64,000 bases of DNA, from NCBI GenBank assembly GCA_965206745.1, contig OZ242220.1, forward strand, positions 544,001 to 608,000, given 5' to 3'. The notes under the pieces are model-generated. The model ran no database searches and was not told where the DNA came from. It saw only the letters and a list, made by a program, of their open reading frames with translations. The stretch's first letter is position 1, and every line of letters begins with the position of its first letter. The translations under genes were made by a program, and so were the position numbers. This DNA is from Nitrosopumilus sp. Lineage in GTDB: Archaea > Thermoproteota > Nitrososphaeria > Nitrososphaerales > Nitrosopumilaceae. Below, piece after piece: positions 28,452 to 37,584 of the stretch.

Positions 28452-30057
28452 ATTTGCTTCTCTTTTTATTTGAATCTCTTCTTTGACTGCCACCTTCTCT
28501 TCTCCTGTCTCCACCATCTCTCCTTCTATTTCCATCATCTCTTCCTTGACTGCCAAAACCACCATCTCTCCTTCTATCTCCACTATCTCTTCTCCTGTCT
28601 CCCTCATCTCTTCTTTGACCACCAAAACCACCTTCTCTCCTTCTGTCTCCGCCATCTCTTCCTTGATTACCACCATCTCTCCTTCTGTCTCCGCCATCTC
28701 TTCCTTGACCACCAAAACTACCTTCTCTTCTTTGACTGCCACCTTCTCTCCTTCTGTCTCCGCCATCTCTTCTTTGACCACTGCCAAAACCACCATCTCT
28801 CCTTCTGTCTCCACCTTCTCTTCTCCTATTCCTGCCATCTCTTCTTTGACTACTATCCCTTCTCCTGTCTCCACCATCCCTTCCTTGACCACCAAAACTG
28901 CCTTCCCTTCTAAATGATGGGGGTGGTCTGATGTCCTTCTCTGTGGGATTTTCATATTTTTTGCCTATTTCGTCGACTCTGATGTTGAGCTTTTCAAGCA
29001 GAGTCCGGTTTAGTCCCTCGCCATAAACATCGACTCTTGCGGCAATGACTGCCTTTGCAGCTACTGCGCGAGCAATCTTTCCCCTCTGCCATCTCGGCGC
29101 TGCATGAACCAGTGCATGCTGGAATAGCAATCCGTGTTTTGGCGGTTGCGAACCCGTCTTGATTGCTCTGAACAATGCTTTTTCAGCTCCCAGAACTTGT
29201 ATCGTGCTGGCAGGAAGCGATGCCATTTTTTTGAGACTTCCCGCCCTTCCCAACACCCTTGCACCCACTGCCGTACCAAGTATTGCCGAGGTATTTGGCG
29301 CAATCTCCTGCATTTGGGCCTCAACGTGCTCCTCTAGCTTTTTGCGTAATTCATGGAAATCCAAAACTTGTTTTGCAATTGATTGCACTATTGACAAATT
29401 AATATCCGATATGTCCCCGCCCCTGCTTTTTGATGAAATCAATGACAGCATCTCTACCTTTGATTCTGGAAAGCCTGCTTCTTCAAAGTCTTGTTTGGTT
29501 AGCGAGTCCCGTTTTCCTGCAACCACTATCTGTGCATATCCGTTGATGCTGTCAATTATGTTCTCCAACTCTGGGAAATGCAACCCGTACCATTCCCTCA
29601 GCCTTGAACTCAGTCCGTTTGCAATCTTGTCAATCTCATCTAGCGAACTGATCGCCTGAATGATGTGAAGATCCGGACTTTCTGAGGTCTCTGTAACTTT
29701 GGATGATGACAGTCCCAGTGCAAACTCTCTTAATTTTCCAAGCGTGTCCTGCAGGTTTGAGGCAAAACCCGAATCCACGATAATCTGCGGTTTGTTTGTT
29801 TGAATTGCATCTGATTCGGACTCTTCCATCAGATGGCAGTCAATGGAGTATTTTTTCAGAATTGAAAGCAATGATTCGTCACTGACAGAAAACCCCCTCT
29901 GAGTTGAGGCCAGATAGTTTACAAGTTCGTTTAATTTTGACTCTTTATTTTTAACTAGGAGATACTCCTTTACCGGGTTTGAGAAAGAAAATGCCTTGTC
30001 CAGCTTTCCATCATTGAAAACTGAGATCCCCAGCTCTGTTAAAACTACAGAATACAT
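28438..30057 (-). CDS. nop5: Box C/D RNP protein Nop5 (Nop56/58) with long Arg/Gly/Asp-rich tail
   Basis: REWYGLHFPEL, PASTIQVLGAEKALF, PPKHG, RGKIAR. Confidence 0.95.
   Translation of the reverse strand: MYSVVLTELGISVFNDGKLDKAFSFSNPVKEYLLVKNKESKLNELVNYLASTQRGFSVSDESLLSILKKYSIDCHLMEESESDAIQTNKPQIIVDSGFASNLQDTLGKLREFALGLSSSKVTETSESPDLHIIQAISSLDEIDKIANGLSSRLREWYGLHFPELENIIDSINGYAQIVVAGKRDSLTKQDFEEAGFPESKVEMLSLISSKSRGGDISDINLSIVQSIAKQVLDFHELRKKLEEHVEAQMQEIAPNTSAILGTAVGARVLGRAGSLKKMASLPASTIQVLGAEKALFRAIKTGSQPPKHGLLFQHALVHAAPRWQRGKIARAVAAKAVIAARVDVYGEGLNRTLLEKLNIRVDEIGKKYENPTEKDIRPPPSFRREGSFGGQGRDGGDRRRDSSQRRDGRNRRREGGDRRRDGGFGSGQRRDGGDRRREGGSQRREGSFGGQGRDGGDRRRDGGNQGRDGGDRRREGGFGGQRRDEGDRRRDSGDRRRDGGFGSQGRDDGNRRRDGGDRRREGGSQRRDSNKKRSKFGRR
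28460..28912 (-). repeat. Degenerate tandem repeats encoding RRDGG/RREGG/FGGQGRD
   Basis: Purine-rich repeated units in the 3' end of nop5. Confidence 0.9.
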
Positions 30058-30142
30058 GAATAGTTGAATCTAAATCACCTTTAAAAAAGGTACCAGAGCC
30101 GAGAATCAACTATTATATCCCAAATCAAGATGGTTAATCAAC

Positions 30143-31054
30143 GTGGAACCTAGCATTGCAACTTCCATAGGTCCGATTCGGTTAGATGGTCCTGTAATGC
30201 TGGCCTCTGGAATTTTGGGCATATCCTTGGATGTGTTTAACCGACTTTATGCATCAGGTGCCGGTGCAGTCGTTACAAAGTCCCTCAGTACTACTCCCTG
30301 GGAGGGATATCCAAACCCCACCATCTTCAGTGTGAAGGGCGGGGGGTGGATAAATGCAGTCGGACTATCAAATCCCGGTGCGGCAAATTTTGCCAAGATG
30401 ATTGAGCCAAACCAGGACGTCCCAATCGTGGTGAGCTTGGTGGGCTCTGTACCTGAAGACTTTGAGATCATGACAAAGCAGTTTGAGAACTGCAAAGTCA
30501 CAGCATACGAGTTGAACCTGTCTTGCCCCCATGTTGCCAAGGTCGGCCTGGAGGTCGGCGATGATCCCGGACTGGTCAAAGCAATTGTATCTGCCGTAAA
30601 AAGCACCACAAGCGTTCCTGTAATTGCCAAGGTCGGCCTGGGAACCAGCAACTATCTCAATACAGTCAGCACCGCAATAGATTCCGGAATCGATGCCATC
30701 ACTGCGATTAATACAGTTCGCGCAATGGCAATTGACGCTGAAGTTCAGCGACCCATACTCAGCAACAAGTTTGGGGGGCTGTCTGGTACCCCGATTAAAC
30801 CGATTGCACTAAGATGTGTCTATGAAATTTCCTCACAACATGATATTCCGATTATTGGATGCGGCGGAATCTCCACGTGGGAGGACGCAGTCGAATTTTT
30901 CCTGGCAGGAGCTTCGGCAGTCCAGCTTGGCAGTGCGATAGGTGACAACTGGGTCGGCGTCTTCGATGAGATTAACAAAGGAATATCACATTACATGGAA
31001 CGAAAAGGTCACTCTACGATAAGGGAGATGGTGGGGCTTGCAAAGAGATCCTAA
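30143..31054 (+). CDS. pyrD: Dihydroorotate dehydrogenase, catalytic subunit (class 1B)
   Basis: LASG, VVTKS, ELNLSCPH, GGLSG, IIGCGGI. Confidence 0.95.
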   Translation: MEPSIATSIGPIRLDGPVMLASGILGISLDVFNRLYASGAGAVVTKSLSTTPWEGYPNPTIFSVKGGGWINAVGLSNPGAANFAKMIEPNQDVPIVVSLVGSVPEDFEIMTKQFENCKVTAYELNLSCPHVAKVGLEVGDDPGLVKAIVSAVKSTTSVPVIAKVGLGTSNYLNTVSTAIDSGIDAITAINTVRAMAIDAEVQRPILSNKFGGLSGTPIKPIALRCVYEISSQHDIPIIGCGGISTWEDAVEFFLAGASAVQLGSAIGDNWVGVFDEINKGISHYMERKGHSTIREMVGLAKRS

Positions 31055-31850
31055 CCATCCCAAGATTGTCACAATTGAAAAGGTAATAGATGAGACGCCC
31101 ACTGTTAGAACGCTGGTCTTCTCTGATGATGTAATGTCTGGTGTTCTTCCCGGACAGTTTGCAATGGTGTGGATACCCGGTGTCAATGAGTTGCCAATGA
31201 GTGTTATGGTCTCAAGGGAGACAGGAAAAGCCGCATTCACTGTTAGAAAACACGGGCCTTCATCCACTGGACTGTTCAATGTTCCAATCGGCGGACAGAT
31301 AGGAATCCGAGGTCCCTATGGAAACTCTTTTGATCTCAGGGAGGGAAGACTGTTGCTGGTCGGGGGAGGAACCGGACTTGTTCCAATGATGAGGCTGCTC
31401 ACATTTGTAAAACCCACTGATGATGTAACCGTACTAATGGGTGCAAAATCCAAGGACGAGGTGTTCTTTGAGGATCTGGCAAACGATCTCTTGGCAGACA
31501 ATGCCCACCGCGTGGTCGTATCAACTGACGATGGAAGTTATGGCCAAAGGGGCTTTGTTACAGACGCGGTTGAGAAATTAGTTGAGCAGACCGGCTTTGA
31601 TGCCGTGTATGTCTGCGGTCCTGAGATCATGATGTACAAAACCGTCCAGTCTGCACACTCTAGGGGCATCTTCGTCCAGGCAAGTCTTGAGAGGATGATG
31701 AAATGCGGCGTGGGAATCTGTGGAAGCTGCTGTGTGGGTGAGGATCTTGCCTGCCGGGACGGGACCGTATTTGATGGGGAACACCTCTCTGCAAACAAGG
31801 AATTTGGCCATTTGCATAGAAACAAGGCTGGAATTTTGGAAAACTACTGA
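31038..31850 (+). CDS. pyrK: Dihydroorotate dehydrogenase electron transfer subunit
   Basis: GPYGN, VGGGTG, CGP, MKCGVGICGSC [2Fe-2S] motif. Confidence 0.94.
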   Translation: MQRDPNHPKIVTIEKVIDETPTVRTLVFSDDVMSGVLPGQFAMVWIPGVNELPMSVMVSRETGKAAFTVRKHGPSSTGLFNVPIGGQIGIRGPYGNSFDLREGRLLLVGGGTGLVPMMRLLTFVKPTDDVTVLMGAKSKDEVFFEDLANDLLADNAHRVVVSTDDGSYGQRGFVTDAVEKLVEQTGFDAVYVCGPEIMMYKTVQSAHSRGIFVQASLERMMKCGVGICGSCCVGEDLACRDGTVFDGEHLSANKEFGHLHRNKAGILENY

Positions 31851-31901
31851 TTTTGACTAGCAAGGTTTAAACTAAATCATAAAATTGTTTTCATAAAGGT
31901 C

Positions 31902-33626
31902 ATGGGCACTCCGAAAATAGTTTTAACAGCTGACAGAACTCTAATGTCTCCTTACAGGGGATTGTCCCTTGCAACCTTCTTTGGATGCGCCCCGGCACTG
32001 GACCCCAATCGGGACAAGAACAGCTTTTGGTACAAGATTCTTGGAAACCAGGTGACTCCGAAGATTCTCTTTGATTTTATCTGTAACTGGTCACCTGACA
32101 TTAACGGTGTGGCAAAGTATGCCCCCTATGGATTAAGAAAGTTGGAGGCCGGTCTGTTACGTGACGGATTCTCACGAAAGGATGTGGTCATTGCACACCC
32201 CAATCACATTGAAAAGTTCATTGGCCCTGAAACTGAGGTCATTGGAACCTATGAGATGGATCCCCTTGGCATGGGTCCTGTCACCATGACATTTACTTAT
32301 GGACGAAAGCAGACCTCTTACGATGAATTTTACAATGCGGAACTGCATCATAGAATCAAAGCTGCAAAGGAGAGAACCGGAAGCAAGGCAAAAGTAATCT
32401 CCGGCGCATCTGGAACATGGCAGTACAACTATGATCCTGCAAAGATTGAGGAGTTTGGAATCTATGCGATACTTGAGGGGGAGCTTGGTGGTATAGCACC
32501 CGAGATTGACGGCCATGCTGGCAGGTTCTTCAACTATCTGATCAATGGCGACTTTGAAAACATGGACCCCTTTAGAAAGAGAAGCGACTTTAAAGTTAAC
32601 ATTAAAGAGTTTGAAAGAGACGGGAAAAAGATCCATGCACGGTTTGTAAACTTTTGGGACAGGCCGGATCTAGAAGAGATTCCCAACATTGTGGAACCTA
32701 GCATGCATGGGATGGTTGAGGTAATGCGCGGCTGTGGCAGGGGCTGCAAGTTCTGCGACGTCACCCTAAGATCCTTGAGATACTACTCACCAGAAAAAGT
32801 CAAGGAGGAGATTGAGGTCAACATAAAGAAGGGCGGTTCAACCTCTGCATGGATTCACAGCGATGATATTTTCGTATATGGGATGGATCCTAGGACTGCA
32901 AAGGGGATGGAGCCAAACAGGGAGGCATTGGAAGAGCTGTTCACTGCAATCATGTCCACTGGAGTCGAGCATACAAACCCGACCCACGGTACGCTTGCAG
33001 GCGCAATAGCCGATGAGAAACTAATTCCCAACCTATCTAAGATTATCAAAGCAGGTCCTGACAACATGATTGGCATTCAAGCCGGTTTTGAGACTGGCAG
33101 TCTGAGATTGATTGGCAAGTATGCTGACAGAAAGCTTGCACCATATGATCCGTCTGAATGGCACTGGGTTGTAAAGGAGGGTGTAAAGACCTTGAATCAG
33201 GACTATTGGATTCCAGCATTCACGCTGATCATGGGCCTGGACAATGACGAGACCCCTGAGGATTCCTGGGATACTATTAGACTGCTCAGTGAATTGGAGC
33301 ATGAGCAGCCAGACTCGATGTTTACTGCCACTGCCTTGACCTTTGTCCCAATCGGCCTGCTTGAAAAGTCCGACTTTTTCCATATTGGAAACGAGATGAC
33401 TCCTGCACAACTGGGGGTTCTTTACAAGACGTGGCAGCACAATTTCAAATACGGCATTCAAAAATTCATGACCAAGACTGGTGCCAAAGGTCCCCAGAGA
33501 TACTTTTTCAATGCCATAGCCAGGTCACTTGGCGGTGTACCACTTGGTGCAATGGAAAAGTATGCACGCAGAAAGAGCAAGGAGCACGAGAAGGTTATTG
33601 AGACTGTCAAGGCCAAATACTGGTAG
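31902..33626 (+). CDS. Radical SAM protein, probable GDGT ring synthase (Grs family)
   Basis: CxxxCxxC (RGCGRGCKFC); N-terminal KIVLTADRTLMS and APYGLRKLEA motifs recalled from Grs-type enzymes. Confidence 0.7.
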   Translation: MGTPKIVLTADRTLMSPYRGLSLATFFGCAPALDPNRDKNSFWYKILGNQVTPKILFDFICNWSPDINGVAKYAPYGLRKLEAGLLRDGFSRKDVVIAHPNHIEKFIGPETEVIGTYEMDPLGMGPVTMTFTYGRKQTSYDEFYNAELHHRIKAAKERTGSKAKVISGASGTWQYNYDPAKIEEFGIYAILEGELGGIAPEIDGHAGRFFNYLINGDFENMDPFRKRSDFKVNIKEFERDGKKIHARFVNFWDRPDLEEIPNIVEPSMHGMVEVMRGCGRGCKFCDVTLRSLRYYSPEKVKEEIEVNIKKGGSTSAWIHSDDIFVYGMDPRTAKGMEPNREALEELFTAIMSTGVEHTNPTHGTLAGAIADEKLIPNLSKIIKAGPDNMIGIQAGFETGSLRLIGKYADRKLAPYDPSEWHWVVKEGVKTLNQDYWIPAFTLIMGLDNDETPEDSWDTIRLLSELEHEQPDSMFTATALTFVPIGLLEKSDFFHIGNEMTPAQLGVLYKTWQHNFKYGIQKFMTKTGAKGPQRYFFNAIARSLGGVPLGAMEKYARRKSKEHEKVIETVKAKYW

Positions 33627-33667
33627 TCATCCAAATACATAAATTCACTAATTCCTGACTCTAAACC

Positions 33668-33850
33668 ATGGCAACACACGGTTCACTTACCAAGGCAGGC
33701 AAGGTGCGGGGACAGACTCCCAAAGTTGAGGGCAGAAAGATTGTCGGTACCAGTTCCAGTGTTGGAAACAAGAGTAACTTTAGGAAACGATTTGTTTTGG
33801 GCAGATACCCTGGTCAAAACAAGCCTGGACAAAGAAAGAAGAGACGATAG
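33668..33850 (+). CDS. rps30e: 30S ribosomal protein S30e
   Basis: HGSLTKAGKVRGQTPKV. Confidence 0.95.
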   Translation: MATHGSLTKAGKVRGQTPKVEGRKIVGTSSSVGNKSNFRKRFVLGRYPGQNKPGQRKKRR

Positions 33851-33877
33851 TACATTTTAGAATATTCTGCATAACCA

Positions 33878-34260
33878 TTATTCCGAGGGATTCCCTCACA
33901 GCTGGCATGTGTAGTCCTCTGATAAATTCCTCATATGATGACTCCCAGTTCACATGATTTTGTCCTGTTCATTCCAATCCTAGAGTATTCTGCTCTGGTT
34001 ACAAATGATGATCTGATCAATGTTTGACTAGAGTCCCTTTGGGTAGTCATCCCCTGTGACGCTAAAAACACCGACTATACAGTTGAATGAAAATACCTGC
34101 CAACCAACCTATGAAAGCAAATTCTGTCAAGATATGACCCTTGGTTTTATTTCTTTGAAGATGTGGCTTGCTTTCAAATTCTTGCATGCTTCTCTTACCT
34201 TGCTGACTTTATCATGCAGGAATTACAGAATGTATGCCACATTTGCATTCATTTTGTGGA
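33878..34260 (-). pseudogene. Decayed coding remnant
   Basis: Protein-like fragments (LHDKVSKVREACKNLKASHIFKEIKPRVI; HVNWESSYEEFIRGLHMPAVRESL) broken by stops and frameshifts. Confidence 0.45.
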
Positions 34261-34546
34261 TTGATTCTGAATCCTATCCTTTCTCAAACACCATCATCTT
34301 TACTGATTTGTGAGAATATATTTTTGATCTCAAGTCTAATGGGTTTAGGATGGTTTTATGCAAAGAGGATGCATGGTAAAAGAATTTTAAAAAACGAAAT
34401 GACAAACCTTGCAATTAATAAAAAATTACTGTTGTTAATGCAAAAAATCAAAATCAGGCAATGTTTGCAAGTTTAGACAAAAATATTATTAATATATTAG
34501 AAAATCAATGAAAATTTGTACATGTTAAAAAAATTATCAGATCTAG

Positions 34547-35107
34547 ATGAATCAATATCACAGGAGACGGAAAAAATATTACAGAGTTTTTAATATGATG
34601 CTAGTTCCAGAAATTTTTATGCCAAATTCTAGTGACAATGAACTAATCAATATTCTTGTTGAGAAATATGATGGATTTGAGATATTTTGGTATCATTGGC
34701 CCCATGATGGAGATGTTCTTTTAAGACGATTTTTCGGGGAAGAAGATTATGAACCCATAATTCTACTTTATGACGTTGATGGTTCATTTATTGGACTTGT
34801 TACAAGACCGCATTGGAAATATCGTGATTATTATCTAAATGATGGATTAGATACTCCTCCTAAAATCTTGTTTGAGAATGAATTTCATCCTCCGTATCCT
34901 AGAACTGATGAAAATAATTTGCAGTTCGATGAAAAAATTATAAAAATGATTTCTAGTGATTTAATTCCTATAGTGATTGAATCATCTAGAATTATGGAAA
35001 AATTTCGATCTGGAAAAGGTCATAGGACTAATTATAAATTCAAAAAGATGGATGATCCTGTTTCTGTGGCCCAACAATTAATCGATGACTATGATGCTAA
35101 ATTATGA
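34547..35107 (+). CDS. Hypothetical protein, possible NPP1/Vps62-like fold
   Basis: Low-GC 186-aa ORF; FWYHWPHD...EDYEPIILL...RPHW...FENEFHPPY. Confidence 0.7.
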   Translation: MNQYHRRRKKYYRVFNMMLVPEIFMPNSSDNELINILVEKYDGFEIFWYHWPHDGDVLLRRFFGEEDYEPIILLYDVDGSFIGLVTRPHWKYRDYYLNDGLDTPPKILFENEFHPPYPRTDENNLQFDEKIIKMISSDLIPIVIESSRIMEKFRSGKGHRTNYKFKKMDDPVSVAQQLIDDYDAKL

Positions 35108-35151
35108 TATAATTAATCATATGATTAATTATATAACTTCAAATACTACAA

Positions 35152-35889
35152 ATGACCAATCACGGTATGGACAAAAATGAAAGAATTTCATTTGCATTAC
35201 AATACGGATTGCGTGAAGAAGAGACTCTAAAAGAAACAGAACAAATGGTTAAGGATAATATTTTACCAAAGAGTAAAAATGAAATTTTCCGTAGAGGGTT
35301 ACATGCTTGTAGATATTTGGCTGAAGTTGATGAGAAATTTTTGCTGACGTTACTATCTGAAACATTACACAAATTATCGAAATATTATTTCCCAATGGAT
35401 CTTAAATTGGCAAAAGACCTGGCATTGACAGTATATGCGATAAAAATATCTAAGCAAGGTGCAGAAAGTGCAGAAATTTTTGAAACTATTGTTCATTCAA
35501 TTGAAATATTTAATCAAATTCGAACCCAACATTTGAATGCGGAACAAGAAGCAGATCTATGCAAAGAAATAGAAAAGATTGCAATTAGTCTGGATACAAT
35601 ATTCTTGAAACCAAAAATGAAAGAACATGATGCTTGGATTGTGTATCTAAATACATTCAGGCAACTATTATCAGATCAAATTATTTCATTAGATGATTCT
35701 GCCAAATTTGAAAAAGCATCAAAAAAACCTAGTGGAAAAATAGATGTTAAATCTAGATCAACAAAATCAAGTGGAGTAAGAACAATGGTTGCAGCTAAAC
35801 TAAAAAAGCGAACAGTAGGAATAAAATTCAAAGCAAGATCAAAATCTGACAGAACAAAACCCAAAAAAGACAATGCATTACAAGTATGA
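35152..35889 (+). CDS. Hypothetical helical protein with basic C-terminus
   Basis: Low-GC 245-aa ORF. Confidence 0.72.
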   Translation: MTNHGMDKNERISFALQYGLREEETLKETEQMVKDNILPKSKNEIFRRGLHACRYLAEVDEKFLLTLLSETLHKLSKYYFPMDLKLAKDLALTVYAIKISKQGAESAEIFETIVHSIEIFNQIRTQHLNAEQEADLCKEIEKIAISLDTIFLKPKMKEHDAWIVYLNTFRQLLSDQIISLDDSAKFEKASKKPSGKIDVKSRSTKSSGVRTMVAAKLKKRTVGIKFKARSKSDRTKPKKDNALQV

Positions 35890-36245
35890 TTTAGAAATAA
35901 TTTTATTTTGACAATCCAACAACTTCAATACTTTTACCAAGTTATGTCATTAGTTCATCACTTTATTCTCCAAGTTTTGATATTTCTTTACTATGTCTTT
36001 GTTCCTTTCTTAATTGCTTTAAAATCCGAGATTGTAAGATGTGGTTCAGCTTGAAGATGCATCTTTTGTTTTTTAGCTGATATTTGATATTGACAAATAT
36101 TCGTGCAAAATCAATATCCCTGTCTTTACAACTTGGCAGAAATCCTGAAAAAATCCCAATTTTATAGTTGTAATGAAGCCACTAATCTATTGATTCGTGA
36201 CCCACAACGGTACCCTTATAAAGTACTAGTACCGTACAATACGGT

Positions 36246-37499
36246 ATGGTTGAAGATTTAAAACTAGATAGTTTAGAGGGCGTAGGTCCTGTAACTACAA
36301 GAAAATTATCCGATGCAGGTGTACACAACGTCATGGACCTCATCGTTAGGGGTCCTGTTGAAATTGCAGCAATTACTGGAATGGAAAAGGACACTGCTGA
36401 AAAAATTGTCAACAAGGCCCGACAACATTTAGTTGAAGGCGGACTGATTGCTAAGGATTTTGTCAGTGCAAGTGAGATTTACAAATACAGACAAAGTATT
36501 GGTAAAATTACGACTGGTACTAATTGCCTTGACACACTCTTTGATGGCGGTATTGAAACCCAAGCATTGACTGAAGTTTATGGTGAGTTTGGTTGTGGCA
36601 AAACACAATTTGCACATACCATGTCAGTAATGGTTCAAAAAAGCAAGGAAGAAGGCGGACTGGACGGTTCTGTTTTGTACATCGATACTGAAAATACTTT
36701 CAGACCTGAAAGAATTGTATCTATTGCTCAAGCACATGATATGGATCCTGAGAAAGTCTTAGATCGTATCATCGTAGCTCGTGCATACAACAGTTCACAT
36801 CAAGTATTGATTTTGGAAGAAGCCGGACCTGTAATTGAAGAAAACAATGTCAAACTAATTGTTGCAGATTCTGCAGTTGGTCTGTTCCGTGCTGAATATC
36901 TTGGCAGGGGAACATTGTCTGTAAGACAACAAAAACTAAACCACTTTGTTCATTTGTTGTCTAGAATTGCAGAAACATACAACTGTGCTGCACTTGCAAC
37001 CAACCAAGTTATGGCATCACCTGATGTCTTCTTTGGAGATCCAACACGTCCAATCGGTGGAAATGTGGTTGCACATACAAGTACCTATAGGATCTACTTT
37101 AAAAAATCCGGCAAGAAAAGAATTGCTAGGATGGTGGATAGTCCTCATCATCCTGAAGAGGAAGTAATCTTTGCTCTAGGTGAAGCAGGCGTAGTTGATC
37201 CTGAAGAAGCTGAGAAAAAGACCAAAAAAGTCACTAAAAAAGCAACTGCCAAAAAGACCAAAAAATCCGAGGTAGAAGTCCCAGCAGAAACACCCGAGGT
37301 AGAAGCCAAAGTGGAAACACCAGAGGTAGAGACCCCTGCAGTAGATGCCACGGTGGAAACACCAGAGGTAGAAGCCAAAGTGGAAACACCAGAGGTAGAG
37401 ACCTCTGCAGAAACACCCGTCGAGACCCCGATGGAAACCCCTGAGGTAGAAGCTCCAGCAGAAGTCGAAACTGATAATTTCGATCCTGTGGAAGAGTAA
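36246..37499 (+). CDS. radA: DNA repair and recombination protein RadA with long acidic repeat tail
   Basis: HhH N-terminal domain, GEFGCGKTQ, YIDTENTFRPER, PIGGNVVAH. Confidence 0.97.
   Translation: MVEDLKLDSLEGVGPVTTRKLSDAGVHNVMDLIVRGPVEIAAITGMEKDTAEKIVNKARQHLVEGGLIAKDFVSASEIYKYRQSIGKITTGTNCLDTLFDGGIETQALTEVYGEFGCGKTQFAHTMSVMVQKSKEEGGLDGSVLYIDTENTFRPERIVSIAQAHDMDPEKVLDRIIVARAYNSSHQVLILEEAGPVIEENNVKLIVADSAVGLFRAEYLGRGTLSVRQQKLNHFVHLLSRIAETYNCAALATNQVMASPDVFFGDPTRPIGGNVVAHTSTYRIYFKKSGKKRIARMVDSPHHPEEEVIFALGEAGVVDPEEAEKKTKKVTKKATAKKTKKSEVEVPAETPEVEAKVETPEVETPAVDATVETPEVEAKVETPEVETSAETPVETPMETPEVEAPAEVETDNFDPVEE
37270..37470 (+). repeat. ETPEVE(AKV) repeats in the RadA tail
   Basis: Near-exact duplication of GAAACACC.GAGGTAGAAGCCAAAGTGGAAACACCAGAGGTAGAGACC. 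Confidence 0.85.
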
Positions 37500-37500
37500 A

Positions 37501-37540
37501 CCCTCTTTCTCCCCCTTTTTCACTCTTTTTGCTTTTCAGT
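37501..37540 (+). terminator. Pyrimidine/oligo-T tract after radA, probable archaeal terminator
   Basis: CCCTCTTTCTCCCCCTTTTTCACTCTTTTTGCTTTT directly after the stop codon. Confidence 0.55.
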
Positions 37541-37584
37541 TAAATCATTAAATTATGAAATATTTATCATGAATCTGTTAACAC

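Noticed and set aside
28434-28917. Plus-strand His/Leu-rich and Ser/Thr-rich ORFs
   Set aside because: Antisense frames of the Nop5 tail repeats
27777-28955. 392-aa fibrillarin as given in the ORF track
   Set aside because: The first 168 codons overlap nop5; a TTG start at 28451 gives a normal-length protein
33935-34016. Possible box C/D sRNA (ATGATGA...CTGA)
   Set aside because: Box spacing is atypical and it overlaps a likely pseudogene
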